DNA of 64,000 nt from an uncultured Candidatus Melainabacteria bacterium (GTDB lineage: Bacteria; Cyanobacteriota; Vampirovibrionia; Gastranaerophilales; Gastranaerophilaceae): the NCBI GenBank assembly GCA_949741915.1, contig CATJOM010000054.1, positions 50,100-114,099 on the forward strand, given 5' to 3'. A program made the position numbers and the translations under genes. How positions within the stretch are numbered: position 1 is the stretch's first letter; each line of letters opens with the position of its first letter. Of the stretch, positions 46,779 through 55,909 are shown one piece after another. The notes beneath the pieces were generated by a model. The model had not been told where the DNA came from, ran no database searches, and was given only the letters and a program-made list of their open reading frames with translations.

Positions 46779-48160
46779 TGAATATAAAGCAAGACGATAT
46801 TATAGAATTAACAATAGAAAAGCTTGTTTATTCTGGTTCAGGGTTTTCCCATTATAATGGCCAGGTTGTTTTTGTTGAAAATGCTGTTCCGGGTGACATT
46901 GTAAAAGCAAAAGTATTGAGGGTTAATAAAAATTTTATTCAAGCTAAAGTTGATGAAATTTTAACGTCATCTCAATATAGGGTAAAACCTTTTTGTCCGC
47001 TGTTCAATGCTTGCGGCGGCTGTAATCTTCAAAATGTTGACTATGACTATCTGATTGAACAAAAACAAATCATTTTGAAAGAGTTTTTTTCTTCAAAAAT
47101 ATTAAAGGACTTTGATGATATTGAATTTAAGCCATTTATAAAATCAGATGTCACCAAAGAATACAGGTGCAAAGTTCAAAATGCTATTAGTGAAACCAAA
47201 GTCTCCAAAAGGCTTTTGTGTGGTTACTATAAAGAAAATACTCATGATGTTGTAAATATCAAATACTGTCCTATCCAGCCAAGGATAATAGAGCAAATAA
47301 TAAATTATATCAGGGAAAACTGGAAACTTGGTGGATATATAGAAAAAAAAGACAAAGGTCTTTTGAAACATGTGATTATAAGATACTCGTCGACTTCCAA
47401 AAAAATAATATTAACATTTGTAATAAATAAAGATTTAGAATGGTTTAATAAGGTTGAAAATGATATTAAGTCATTTTCTGATGAAATAATTAAAAGTTTT
47501 CCTGATGTTTCAGGTGTCTTGGTTAATTTTAATCCCAAAAAAACAAATAAAATTTTAGGAGAAAAGACAGAGCTTATTGCTGGGGAAGATTTTATATTTC
47601 AAAAATTATATTCCAATGATGGCATAGAGTATAATTACAAGGTCAGCAAAAACAGTTTTTTTCAAACAAACCCATTTGTTGCCCAAAAAGTTTTTGATGC
47701 TGTAAAATCATTACTGAAAGCTAATTCAACCATACTTGATGCCTACGGAGGAGTTGGTACAATTGGAATATTTTTAAATACTCTTGCAAAAAGAATCACT
47801 CTTGTGGAGGAGTGCGAAAGTGCTATTATTGATGCTAAAACTAATTTTAAGCTTAATGGCTGTAAGAACTATGAAGTTTTTCTTGGTAATGCAAAGAGAA
47901 TTTTTAAAGATTTTCTAAAATCCAGGAAAAAATTTGATTATGCAGTCATTGATCCTCCAAGAAAAGGCTCTGATAAAGAATCCCTTGATAGCTTGTCAAA
48001 ACTTGCGAATGCAATTGTGTACGTGTCCTGTAATCCTGCCACTTTAATGCGTGATGCCAAAATACTGAACGACTTTGGTTTTAAGCTTAAAACTTTGCAG
48101 GGTGCCGATATGTTCCCATATACCCATCACATTGAAAGTATAGCTTATTTTGAAAAATAA
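46778..48160 (+). CDS. rlmD: 23S rRNA (uracil-C5)-methyltransferase, RlmD/RumA family
   Basis: TRAM domain 'GSGFSHYNGQVVFVENAVPGDIVKAKV'. Fe-S Cys cluster 'CPLFNACGGCNLQ'. SAM motif 'LDAYGGVGTIG' and 'DPPRKG'. Confidence 0.8.
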   Translation: MNIKQDDIIELTIEKLVYSGSGFSHYNGQVVFVENAVPGDIVKAKVLRVNKNFIQAKVDEILTSSQYRVKPFCPLFNACGGCNLQNVDYDYLIEQKQIILKEFFSSKILKDFDDIEFKPFIKSDVTKEYRCKVQNAISETKVSKRLLCGYYKENTHDVVNIKYCPIQPRIIEQIINYIRENWKLGGYIEKKDKGLLKHVIIRYSSTSKKIILTFVINKDLEWFNKVENDIKSFSDEIIKSFPDVSGVLVNFNPKKTNKILGEKTELIAGEDFIFQKLYSNDGIEYNYKVSKNSFFQTNPFVAQKVFDAVKSLLKANSTILDAYGGVGTIGIFLNTLAKRITLVEECESAIIDAKTNFKLNGCKNYEVFLGNAKRIFKDFLKSRKKFDYAVIDPPRKGSDKESLDSLSKLANAIVYVSCNPATLMRDAKILNDFGFKLKTLQGADMFPYTHHIESIAYFEK

Positions 48161-49412
48161 ATTTTTTGTAAAATCTCTTGGTTGCAAAACTAATCACATC
48201 GAAGGGCAGCTTATTGCTCAGGAGTTAATTAAAGCAGGCTATACGCCTGCAAACTCTCCCGAAGATTGTGATTACTTTATAGTAAATACTTGCTCTGTAA
48301 CTTCTCATGCTGATAATCAGGCAATATATATAATCAAACAATTTAGGTTGAAAAAACCTGACTCTAAAGTAATTTTGACTGGCTGTCTTGCCCAAACTGC
48401 TGCTAATCCAAATGATTTGGATGCGGATATTGTTCTTGGAAATGACGAAAAGCTTGATATAGCAAAATTTTTAAAACATTCCAATAATGGCATACAGAGT
48501 ATTTTTGCAGATGATATTTTCAATGTTAAAAAATTTCATCACAAGACGCTTGAATTACTAGGAACTACAAGGCCAAGTATTAAAATACAAGAGGGCTGCT
48601 CAAACAGGTGCTCTTACTGCATTATTCCATATGCTAGGGGAAATCCTCGTTCTGATAGTATGGATAATATCATAAAACAAATAAACATGTATGCCGACAA
48701 AGGCTACAAAGAAGTTGTGCTTGTTGGTATTCATATTGGTGAGTGGGGAAGAGAATTAAATAAAACCCTGTTTGATCTTTTGCAAGAAGTTGAAAAAACG
48801 AGTATTTTAAGATATAGACTTGGTTCTTTGTATGTGACAGAACTTCCTGATGAAATGCTGAAATTTCTCTCTGTATCTGAAAAATTTTGTCCTCATTTTC
48901 ATCTTTCTTTGCAAAGTTTATGCAACAAAACGCTTAAAAATATGAATAGATTTTACACAAAAGAATATGCCATAAATGTCATAAACAAAATTAATGAAAA
49001 ATTTCTCTCCCCTTTTATAGGCTGTGACATCATTACAGGATTTCCAAATGAAACTGAGGAAGATTTTATTGAAACTTATGAAGCACTAAAAACATTGAAA
49101 CTCTCATATATTCACAGCTTCCCATATTCTAAAAGAAAAGGAACTCCTGCTTGTAATATGCCAAATCAGGTATATGAACACATAAAAAAGCAAAGAACAA
49201 AACAGTTGATATTGTTGTCTGAAGGGCTTCATAAGGAATTTTTGAATGCGAATAGAAATTGCACGCATGAAGTTTTATTTCAGAAAAAGGATAAAAGGAC
49301 AGGCAAGTATCTTGGTATTACAAGAAATTATATTAAAGTTTATAAAAACAGCGAAGCTGATCTTTGGAATACGATTGAGATGCTCAATCTATCAGAATAT
49401 GAAATTTGCTAG
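48150..49412 (+). CDS. mtaB: MiaB-like tRNA methylthiotransferase (MtaB type)
   Basis: UPF0004 N-domain 'FVKSLGCKTNHIEG'. Radical SAM 'EGCSNRCSYCIIPYARG'. C-terminal TRAM-like region. TTG start overlapping the rlmD end. Confidence 0.8.
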   Translation: MKNKFFVKSLGCKTNHIEGQLIAQELIKAGYTPANSPEDCDYFIVNTCSVTSHADNQAIYIIKQFRLKKPDSKVILTGCLAQTAANPNDLDADIVLGNDEKLDIAKFLKHSNNGIQSIFADDIFNVKKFHHKTLELLGTTRPSIKIQEGCSNRCSYCIIPYARGNPRSDSMDNIIKQINMYADKGYKEVVLVGIHIGEWGRELNKTLFDLLQEVEKTSILRYRLGSLYVTELPDEMLKFLSVSEKFCPHFHLSLQSLCNKTLKNMNRFYTKEYAINVINKINEKFLSPFIGCDIITGFPNETEEDFIETYEALKTLKLSYIHSFPYSKRKGTPACNMPNQVYEHIKKQRTKQLILLSEGLHKEFLNANRNCTHEVLFQKKDKRTGKYLGITRNYIKVYKNSEADLWNTIEMLNLSEYEIC

Positions 49413-49480
49413 GCTTAGGTGTGGCAGCCTGATTCTATTGATATTGATTTTAATTTGTCACAGCATAAAATTAGTATTAT

Positions 49481-49951
49481 ATGTATAATAAACAAGATTG
49501 TATGCCTGAATGGGAAAATAATGAAAACACTGTTATAGAATGTAAATGGCTCGCAAGCATTGTACCAGACAAAAGAAAAATTTGGTTCTATACGTTTTTG
49601 CGCATTGTGTTTGCCGCACTTATTGTTTTTGCAGGAATTAGAAGTAACCCACTTGCTTTGCCTTCTGATTTACTTAGGCTTTTCCTTGTGCTTTTAATTG
49701 TTGCTTTGGTACTTATCTGGGTATTTTTTCCTCTTATTCATCTGAAAGATTATATGATATTTTTTAACACTGGTATAGAAATCAATAAAAGGAAATACAA
49801 CCTTGGTGATCTTGGTGAAATTATTTTTCTTGAGCACAAGAGTGGAATTTTTTCAAAATACTATATGCGTACGGATGTAAAGGATTTTAATATTACCTAT
49901 ATGAAAGATGTAAGAAAAACCTTTAACCGAGCATATTTGCACACAATTTAA
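49481..49951 (+). CDS. Hypothetical membrane protein (2 TM plus short beta-rich C-terminal domain, bacterial PH-like topology)
   Basis: 156 aa. TM segments 'IWFYTFLRIVFAALIVFAGI' and 'LFLVLLIVALVLIWVFFPLI'. The topology resembles YdbS/bPH_2 proteins. This is inference only. Confidence 0.4.
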   Translation: MYNKQDCMPEWENNENTVIECKWLASIVPDKRKIWFYTFLRIVFAALIVFAGIRSNPLALPSDLLRLFLVLLIVALVLIWVFFPLIHLKDYMIFFNTGIEINKRKYNLGDLGEIIFLEHKSGIFSKYYMRTDVKDFNITYMKDVRKTFNRAYLHTI

Positions 49952-49970
49952 CAATTTAGGAGGAAAAATA

Positions 49971-50501
49971 ATGTCAATGAACGTTATTATAGGTATAGCT
50001 GCCTGTGTGGTTGTTTTTATAGTTGTGTATATAAAAATGACAATCGATGAGAAAAAAGGTGAAAACAGCATAGAAAAGCAAAAAATCAATGCTATAGTTA
50101 AAAATATTGTGCCAGACGGTGAGACATGTACTGTATGCTATGGCACAAGGGAGGATTTTTCAATAGGTGGCGGAGGCCGTATGATTACAACCACTACTGA
50201 ATATTCATATTATGGTATTGGTTTTAGGCCCGGTGAGCTATATTTAGTTCCACTGGCTTTTGAAGGTGATGAGATAAGTTATTTTGAACCAAAATGTTTT
50301 AGTAAAGAAAATTTGCGCAAAGTAGAGGTTAAAAATGGTCGCATAATATTGCAGGATGCGGATGAGAATACTTTGACACTGTTTGTAACAGCCAGTAACA
50401 CAAAGGATGACAAGTATCACCCTGTTAATATACAGCAGCAAGAAGAGACAGAAGCCTTCTTTGAATTTGCGCACAAGTTGATGGATGAAATTAATACATA
50501 A
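49971..50501 (+). CDS. Hypothetical membrane-anchored protein (1 TM plus PH-like domain, tentative)
   Basis: 176 aa. TM 'VIIGIAACVVVFIVVYI'. AGGAGG RBS upstream. Confidence 0.4.
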   Translation: MSMNVIIGIAACVVVFIVVYIKMTIDEKKGENSIEKQKINAIVKNIVPDGETCTVCYGTREDFSIGGGGRMITTTTEYSYYGIGFRPGELYLVPLAFEGDEISYFEPKCFSKENLRKVEVKNGRIILQDADENTLTLFVTASNTKDDKYHPVNIQQQEETEAFFEFAHKLMDEINT

Positions 50502-50752
50502 AAGATGATTATTATAAAACAATAAACTGTTTATATATATGTTTCTTCATAATCTGAAAGCGAATTTCGAAATGATGTGTGCTTATTTTTAAGAGGGTGC
50601 ATGTCATTTCAAGTGAAGTTCTAATTGCAATCAATAGTTTTTGTTAATAAATGTAACATTTTTATTTATTTTTAATATATTTTGTCAATATTATTTGCCC
50701 TTTTTACTTTATTAAGGTATACACACGAGAGTAAGATAAGGATATTAAAATA

Positions 50753-50962
50753 ATGTTGGCTTCAAATTCTGAATTAGTTGTAAACAAGATGAACAATTTT
50801 TTCATTTCTGGAACAATTGCAAATGAATACAAAAATGCTACAAATGCTATCAAAGAAGCCTGTAAACCACCAACAAAAAAGGTTTACAGAAGCCTGAATA
50901 AAATGCTGAAAGAATGCTATTTTGTTGGTTCGCTTAAATATGGAAATAATTTCATAGCATAA
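50753..50962 (+). CDS. Small hypothetical protein (69 aa)
   Basis: AAGGA about 8 nt upstream of the ATG, and an intrinsic terminator immediately downstream. Confidence 0.4.
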   Translation: MLASNSELVVNKMNNFFISGTIANEYKNATNAIKEACKPPTKKVYRSLNKMLKECYFVGSLKYGNNFIA

Positions 50963-50970
50963 AATTAAAG

Positions 50971-50993
50971 AGGCCTGTTTTGCAGGCCTTTTT
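50971..50993 (+). terminator. Intrinsic terminator
   Basis: Stem AGGCCTG/CAGGCCT, 5-nt loop, TTTT. Confidence 0.65.
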
Positions 50994-51185
50994 AGTAATT
51001 TAGGGCTATTTTCAAAATAATATTAAAATTTTATCGCTAATTTCCTAAAAAAGGCTTGTATTAATTGAATTTTAAGTATAAAATAAGTGAGTAATCGCTC
51101 TCGTTTAATTTTTTAAGGGAGAAAATTTGCATTTTGCTGATTTTGATTGATGGAATAAAGCTAGAGCCAAGAAGGATAACTTTTT

Positions 51186-51956
51186 ATGTATACTAACAAA
51201 TGCACCAAATGCGGCAAGGAATTTGAAACTAAAAATCCAAAAAGGGTAATATGCCCTTCCTGTTTGTATCCTGATAAAACTCCTATATTATCAGACCCTA
51301 ATGCGCCGTCTACACAGGCTGTGCCGCAGCAGCAATACAGAAGCTATTCTGCAGGCTCTGATAACTATTATAAAAAACCATATAATCGTGATAATAATAG
51401 ACCGCAAAGGCCTGGCGGTTTCCAAAAAAGGCCACAAAGGCCCGGCGGATTCCAAAGGCCTGGTGCTCGCCCTGGTGGACAAAGGCGACCAATGCAAAAG
51501 CCAAAACCTTTACTGGTTAATAAAGAGCAGTTGGCGCAAATTGAAGAGATGTATAAAAAAATGCTTCCTTTGCCAAATCCGGATGCACATGAAGTTATCG
51601 GTGAAGCAATTGGGCTTGAGCCAAAAAAAGTTTTCTTTGGAATAAATTTGATAAGGCAAAAAATGATGCTTCCGAAAATAAGCTTTCCAAAGAGAAAACT
51701 TGCTCTTACTCCCGACCAGCTTACCGCTGTAAAAAATCTTTATGAACCTTTGTTGCCATTGCCTCCAATAGGCTGTCATAAATTTCTTGCTATGCAGCTT
51801 AAAATGGATGAATGGCGTGTGCATGTCGGCATTGGTCTAGTTAGAAAACAGCTTGGGCTTGAAAGGTGGAATCAGGAAAGAGAAGATGCACCTGAGGAAT
51901 ATAAAAAACAGGCGGCCGAAAAAAAAGCTAAAGAACAAAAGGAAGAAGTCAAATAG
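51186..51956 (+). CDS. Zinc-ribbon protein with R/G/P-rich repeats and a duplicated C-terminal helical module
   Basis: 'CTKCGKEF...VICPSCL' (CxxC...CxxC). 'RPQRPGGFQKRPQRPGGFQRPGARPGGQRRP'. Two modules of about 55 aa: 'LAQIEEMYKKMLPLPNP..HEVIGEAIGLEPKKVFFGINLIRQK' and 'LTAVKNLYEPLLPLPPI..HKFLAMQLKMDEWRVHVGIGLVRKQ'. Confidence 0.5.
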   Translation: MYTNKCTKCGKEFETKNPKRVICPSCLYPDKTPILSDPNAPSTQAVPQQQYRSYSAGSDNYYKKPYNRDNNRPQRPGGFQKRPQRPGGFQRPGARPGGQRRPMQKPKPLLVNKEQLAQIEEMYKKMLPLPNPDAHEVIGEAIGLEPKKVFFGINLIRQKMMLPKISFPKRKLALTPDQLTAVKNLYEPLLPLPPIGCHKFLAMQLKMDEWRVHVGIGLVRKQLGLERWNQEREDAPEEYKKQAAEKKAKEQKEEVK

Positions 51957-52088
51957 AAGTTTTGTAAATTTAATTTCATTTTATTTATGCGGGAGTTTTT
52001 GAATGACAAAATATTCCCGCATTTTGTCATTATAAAGTCTGTTTTTGAAATTATTTGAAACACATATTTAATATGTTATGATTATTTT

Positions 52089-53069
52089 ATGGCTACAATA
52101 AAGAACTTGGCCTTTATTCCGAAGAATAAAATTAAGGCCATGGTATTACATTCAAAAATAGATGCCGGTTATCTGGATGGTTTTTCATCGCCATTAGATA
52201 TCGTGCATAGCATGTTGCCATTTAAGTTTAAATTTATGAAAGAAACCTATTTAACAACAGATGAAAATAGGATATACGCTCTTCTGTCGCTTGAAAAGGA
52301 CGATAGCAATGCCAAGCGTCTTAATATTACGCAGCTTTTAGTTGATCAAACTTGCATTAAATATGCTGAACTGCTGATAAAACATATTTTGAAACAATTT
52401 TTAACTCAAGGAGCAGAGTCTTTTGTTGCAATTGTTAATGAAACTGAGAATGAAAAATTAAAGTTATTGTCTGATTCATGTAAGTTTAGAATCCAGGCGA
52501 ATGAATATATGTTTAAAATTAAAAAATCAGATTTTCCCTATCATAAAGACAGCTCTTATGAATTTATAAGATTTTCCAAAAATTATGAAGTCTCAAAAAT
52601 CGCAAAGCTATATAATAGCCTGCTAAAATCTCATCAAATGCCTGTTTTTAAAATCAGTGAAGAATGCCTGAGAGATGCCATTTTTGTCGGAATTCGGAAT
52701 AATATTGTTTTTAAATATATTCTTGAAAATACAAGTAATAATAAAATTTTTGGTTATTTTACAATTTCCACAAATAACAACAGTGATTTTTTTCTTGATA
52801 CTGTGTTGCTTGATTCATATGAGGCTTTCCTTGTTGACATTTTGAAATTTACTAAATCAGAGATATCAAAAAGAAGCACAAACTGGACACTTTATCTTAG
52901 GGTTAGAGACTGTTTTATTAATTGTGATGCGATACTTGATATTATGAAAAATTATGATTTTTTATGGTTTAGTAAATCAAAAATTATGGTTAAAGACTTG
53001 TTTAAGACTGCAAAAGTTGATAATTCCATCTATAATAAACAGATAATATTTGATGCGCCTGCTTATTAA
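52089..53069 (+). CDS. Hypothetical protein, possibly two degenerate GNAT-like domains
   Basis: 326 aa. 'IYALLSLEKD...ITQLLVD...AELLIKHILKQFLTQGAESFVAIVNETENEKLKLLSDSCKF' resembles GNAT beta4-alpha3-beta5. A similar pattern recurs near the C-terminus. Weak. Confidence 0.3.
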   Translation: MATIKNLAFIPKNKIKAMVLHSKIDAGYLDGFSSPLDIVHSMLPFKFKFMKETYLTTDENRIYALLSLEKDDSNAKRLNITQLLVDQTCIKYAELLIKHILKQFLTQGAESFVAIVNETENEKLKLLSDSCKFRIQANEYMFKIKKSDFPYHKDSSYEFIRFSKNYEVSKIAKLYNSLLKSHQMPVFKISEECLRDAIFVGIRNNIVFKYILENTSNNKIFGYFTISTNNNSDFFLDTVLLDSYEAFLVDILKFTKSEISKRSTNWTLYLRVRDCFINCDAILDIMKNYDFLWFSKSKIMVKDLFKTAKVDNSIYNKQIIFDAPAY

Positions 53070-53278
53070 TAGCAGCTTGGAATACTTGTGCGTATTTTTA
53101 TGCCATATTTGATATATTGTTTATTTAGTTATTTCGATTTGCGCTGCATTGTTGTAGGTTTTAAATGTAGATATATTAATAGAACTTAAGTAACGTGCTA
53201 ACTTTTTTCGTAATGCAAAATACAGTCAAGTGCTTATATGCTTATTTAATTCATTTATGCCAAATATTGCATATTTAA

Positions 53279-54223
53279 TTACTTGGTTTTGAATGTCTTC
53301 AGACAGAAGAGCTCTATATCAACACCCTTTTGTGTTTTGTCTGTATTGCTTTCAAAGAATCTAGATATCCCAATTGTTTCAAGATTATACTTGTTTTTTT
53401 GGCTATTTAGTTCGTACCTCATTTTGAAAGCTGGTGTAGAAATAGCCTTGTTTGAATAGCCAAGCGCCGAAATTTTTTCCAAAAATTCTAAAATTTTTGA
53501 CACCCTGCCTGCTTCCTCAACTGCATCAATTGCAATCTTAAACTCAGTAACAAGGCCTTTTTCTTGATTCTCACTGCAAAAAATTTTAACCTCTGAGACA
53601 ATATCGCTTAAAAAATCATCAAAAATTGTAAAATTATCATATACTATGAACAATTTACCTGGTGTTATGGCTTTACAGGTTGGATATTTCTTTCTCATAG
53701 TATTGACAATTCTTACATATTCCATCATTGGCATATTTTTTGTATCAATATTTTTTTCTATCATATTCGGGTTTATGTCAGCTTTGACATTCAAAGTTAA
53801 TAATATTGCAAATTTTGTATATTCCAGGGTTTTATTAATAAATATTTCTTTCAAATTTTCATTGACAAGTTTTTCTTCAAGCCTCTTTTCTGCAATTTTG
53901 TTCAATCTATGTCTTCTATCGAGTGCCCTTATAGTATTTAATGCTGGCTGCAACATAAAATAAATCATCTGAAATCCAAGTGCTGCAATGATTGGAGTCA
54001 TGTCGATATAAAAATTTTTATACTTTATGGCCCAGTTTAAAAAATTTGAAGTTTTTATAATATTTGTCAGTGGATTAAAAATTATTCCAGCATATTTAAT
54101 GAATGGAAAATTTATAGTTTTTAAAAACCAAAATATGACATATGAAATTGTAACAAGTATGCACAAAACCCTTATTGTGCTTACAAAATCGTATAGTCGT
54201 CTATATCTTTGTTCCATGATCAT
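53279..54223 (-). CDS. Membrane protein with C-terminal degenerate nucleotide-cyclase-like domain (tentative)
   Basis: 314 aa. Three N-terminal TM segments. The C-terminal segments 'FAILLTLNVKADI', 'GKLFIVYDNF', 'EFKIAIDAVEEAG', 'LEFLEKISALGYSNKAISTPAF' and 'KGVDIELFCLK' follow the order of class III cyclase core elements but lack the metal-binding Asp residues. Confidence 0.3.
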   Translation of the reverse strand: MIMEQRYRRLYDFVSTIRVLCILVTISYVIFWFLKTINFPFIKYAGIIFNPLTNIIKTSNFLNWAIKYKNFYIDMTPIIAALGFQMIYFMLQPALNTIRALDRRHRLNKIAEKRLEEKLVNENLKEIFINKTLEYTKFAILLTLNVKADINPNMIEKNIDTKNMPMMEYVRIVNTMRKKYPTCKAITPGKLFIVYDNFTIFDDFLSDIVSEVKIFCSENQEKGLVTEFKIAIDAVEEAGRVSKILEFLEKISALGYSNKAISTPAFKMRYELNSQKNKYNLETIGISRFFESNTDKTQKGVDIELFCLKTFKTK

Positions 54224-55089
54224 AATTCAATATTATCTATCAGCCGAACTGTAGCACTACCAGATGAAACCTTAGCTGCAACCAGCATAATGGCCTTTTC
54301 ATTTAGCAAGTTAATTTTTTCAAAAGTTTCAAGAGAAACAATTTCAGCATACTCTGCCTCGATGCCTGGTTTATCTATATAGGCAAGTACCGTATCAATC
54401 AAGGTATCGGCTTCTTTTATACCCTTGTTAAATAATTCCTCAGCTTTGAATAATGCTTGACTAATATTTAGGGCAGTTTGTCTTGCCTCGGGTGTTAAGT
54501 ATGTATTTCTGCTTGAAAGTGCTAAGCCGTCTTTTTCTCGCACTATTGGGCAGCTTATAATTTTTAGGTCAAAATATAAATCATTTACCATTTTTTTAAT
54601 TATAAACAACTGTTGTGCATCTTTTTGTCCAAAGTATGCATTGTTGCATTTAGTAATATTGAATAGTTTGCCAACAATTGTGCAAACGCCGTCAAAATGA
54701 CCAGGCCTTGATTTTCCGCAAAGCTTGTTTACAGTATCGTATGGCGGGCAAATTAGAGTAGTTTCCTTGTGTTTAAAATAATACTCATCATAAATGTCTT
54801 CAGGCGCTGGTGCAAATACTATATCTACGCCAGCCTTTTCGCATAAAACACTGTCGGCTTCAAGCGTTCTTGGATATTTTGCGTAGTCTTCATTTGGTCC
54901 AAACTGCGTCGGGTTTACAAAAATGCTTACAATACTTATATTATTTTCGTTTACGCATCTTTTGATTAGACTTAAGTGCCCGTCATGAAGTGCCCCCATT
55001 GTTGGAACAAGTCCAGAACTGCAATCTTTCGCATTCTTTAATTTTTCAATTTCGCATCTTAAATCATCTGGTTTGTGTATAATTTTCAA
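54220..55089 (-). CDS. panC: Pantoate--beta-alanine ligase
   Basis: 'GLVPTMGALHDGHLSLIKR', 'FVNPTQFGPNEDY', 'GHFDGVCTIV'. Confidence 0.93.
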   Translation of the reverse strand: MKIIHKPDDLRCEIEKLKNAKDCSSGLVPTMGALHDGHLSLIKRCVNENNISIVSIFVNPTQFGPNEDYAKYPRTLEADSVLCEKAGVDIVFAPAPEDIYDEYYFKHKETTLICPPYDTVNKLCGKSRPGHFDGVCTIVGKLFNITKCNNAYFGQKDAQQLFIIKKMVNDLYFDLKIISCPIVREKDGLALSSRNTYLTPEARQTALNISQALFKAEELFNKGIKEADTLIDTVLAYIDKPGIEAEYAEIVSLETFEKINLLNEKAIMLVAAKVSSGSATVRLIDNIEL

Positions 55090-55909
55090 GTTTGCACCGC
55101 TCCTCGCTGCTCAATTGAAAGCTTTCTTTATTGTTAGGAAAACTTCCGCTTCTTACATCCTCGATGTATCTATTAGCCACATCTGTAATCATTTTTTTTG
55201 TATCAAAGTATTTTCTTGCAAATTTTGGGCTGAAATCATCAAATTTGCCAATTAGATCATTCAATACAAGAATTTGTCCATCGCAATCTGCACCAGCACC
55301 TATTCCAATGGTTGGAACAGATAAATTCATGCTGATAAATCGAGCACTTTCTTCTGGCATCATCTCAAGAACTATTGAAAAAGCTCCGGCATTTTCAAGC
55401 TTTTTTGCTGCCTCTAAAATCTTTAAGGTTGTCTCAAAATCTTTTCCCTGCACACGGTTTCCGCCAATTGTATTAACATATTGTGGTGTAAAGCCAAGAT
55501 GTGCCATGACAGGAATACCTGTTTCTGTAAGCCTTTTTGTTAATTCGATAATATATTCGCTTCCACCTTCTATCTTGACAGCATCGGCTCCTGCTTGAAT
55601 AAATTTTCCTGCATTCTCTATGGCCTTATCAATCGAAATATTGTATGTCAAAAATGGCATATCTCCGACTATTAATGCACTTTTTGCTCCCCTGCTTACT
55701 GCGGCTGTAAATATTAGCATTTCATTAATAGTAATTTTTGTCGTAGTGTCATATCCAAGCACAACATTTGCAGCAGAGTCTCCAACAAGGATTATGTCAA
55801 TCCCTGCCTCATCAATAAACTTTGCACTTGGATAATCGTAAGCAGTAAGTGCAGCGATTTTTCTGCCTTCTGCCTTATAGTTTACTATTTTCCTTACGTT
55901 TTTCTTCAT
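55064..55909 (-). CDS. panB: 3-methyl-2-oxobutanoate hydroxymethyltransferase
   Basis: 'LTAYDYPSAKFIDEAGIDIILVGDSAANVVLGYDTT', 'GADAVKIEGG', 'VMAHLGFTPQ'. Confidence 0.93.
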   Translation of the reverse strand: MKKNVRKIVNYKAEGRKIAALTAYDYPSAKFIDEAGIDIILVGDSAANVVLGYDTTTKITINEMLIFTAAVSRGAKSALIVGDMPFLTYNISIDKAIENAGKFIQAGADAVKIEGGSEYIIELTKRLTETGIPVMAHLGFTPQYVNTIGGNRVQGKDFETTLKILEAAKKLENAGAFSIVLEMMPEESARFISMNLSVPTIGIGAGADCDGQILVLNDLIGKFDDFSPKFARKYFDTKKMITDVANRYIEDVRSGSFPNNKESFQLSSEERCKLENYTQTR

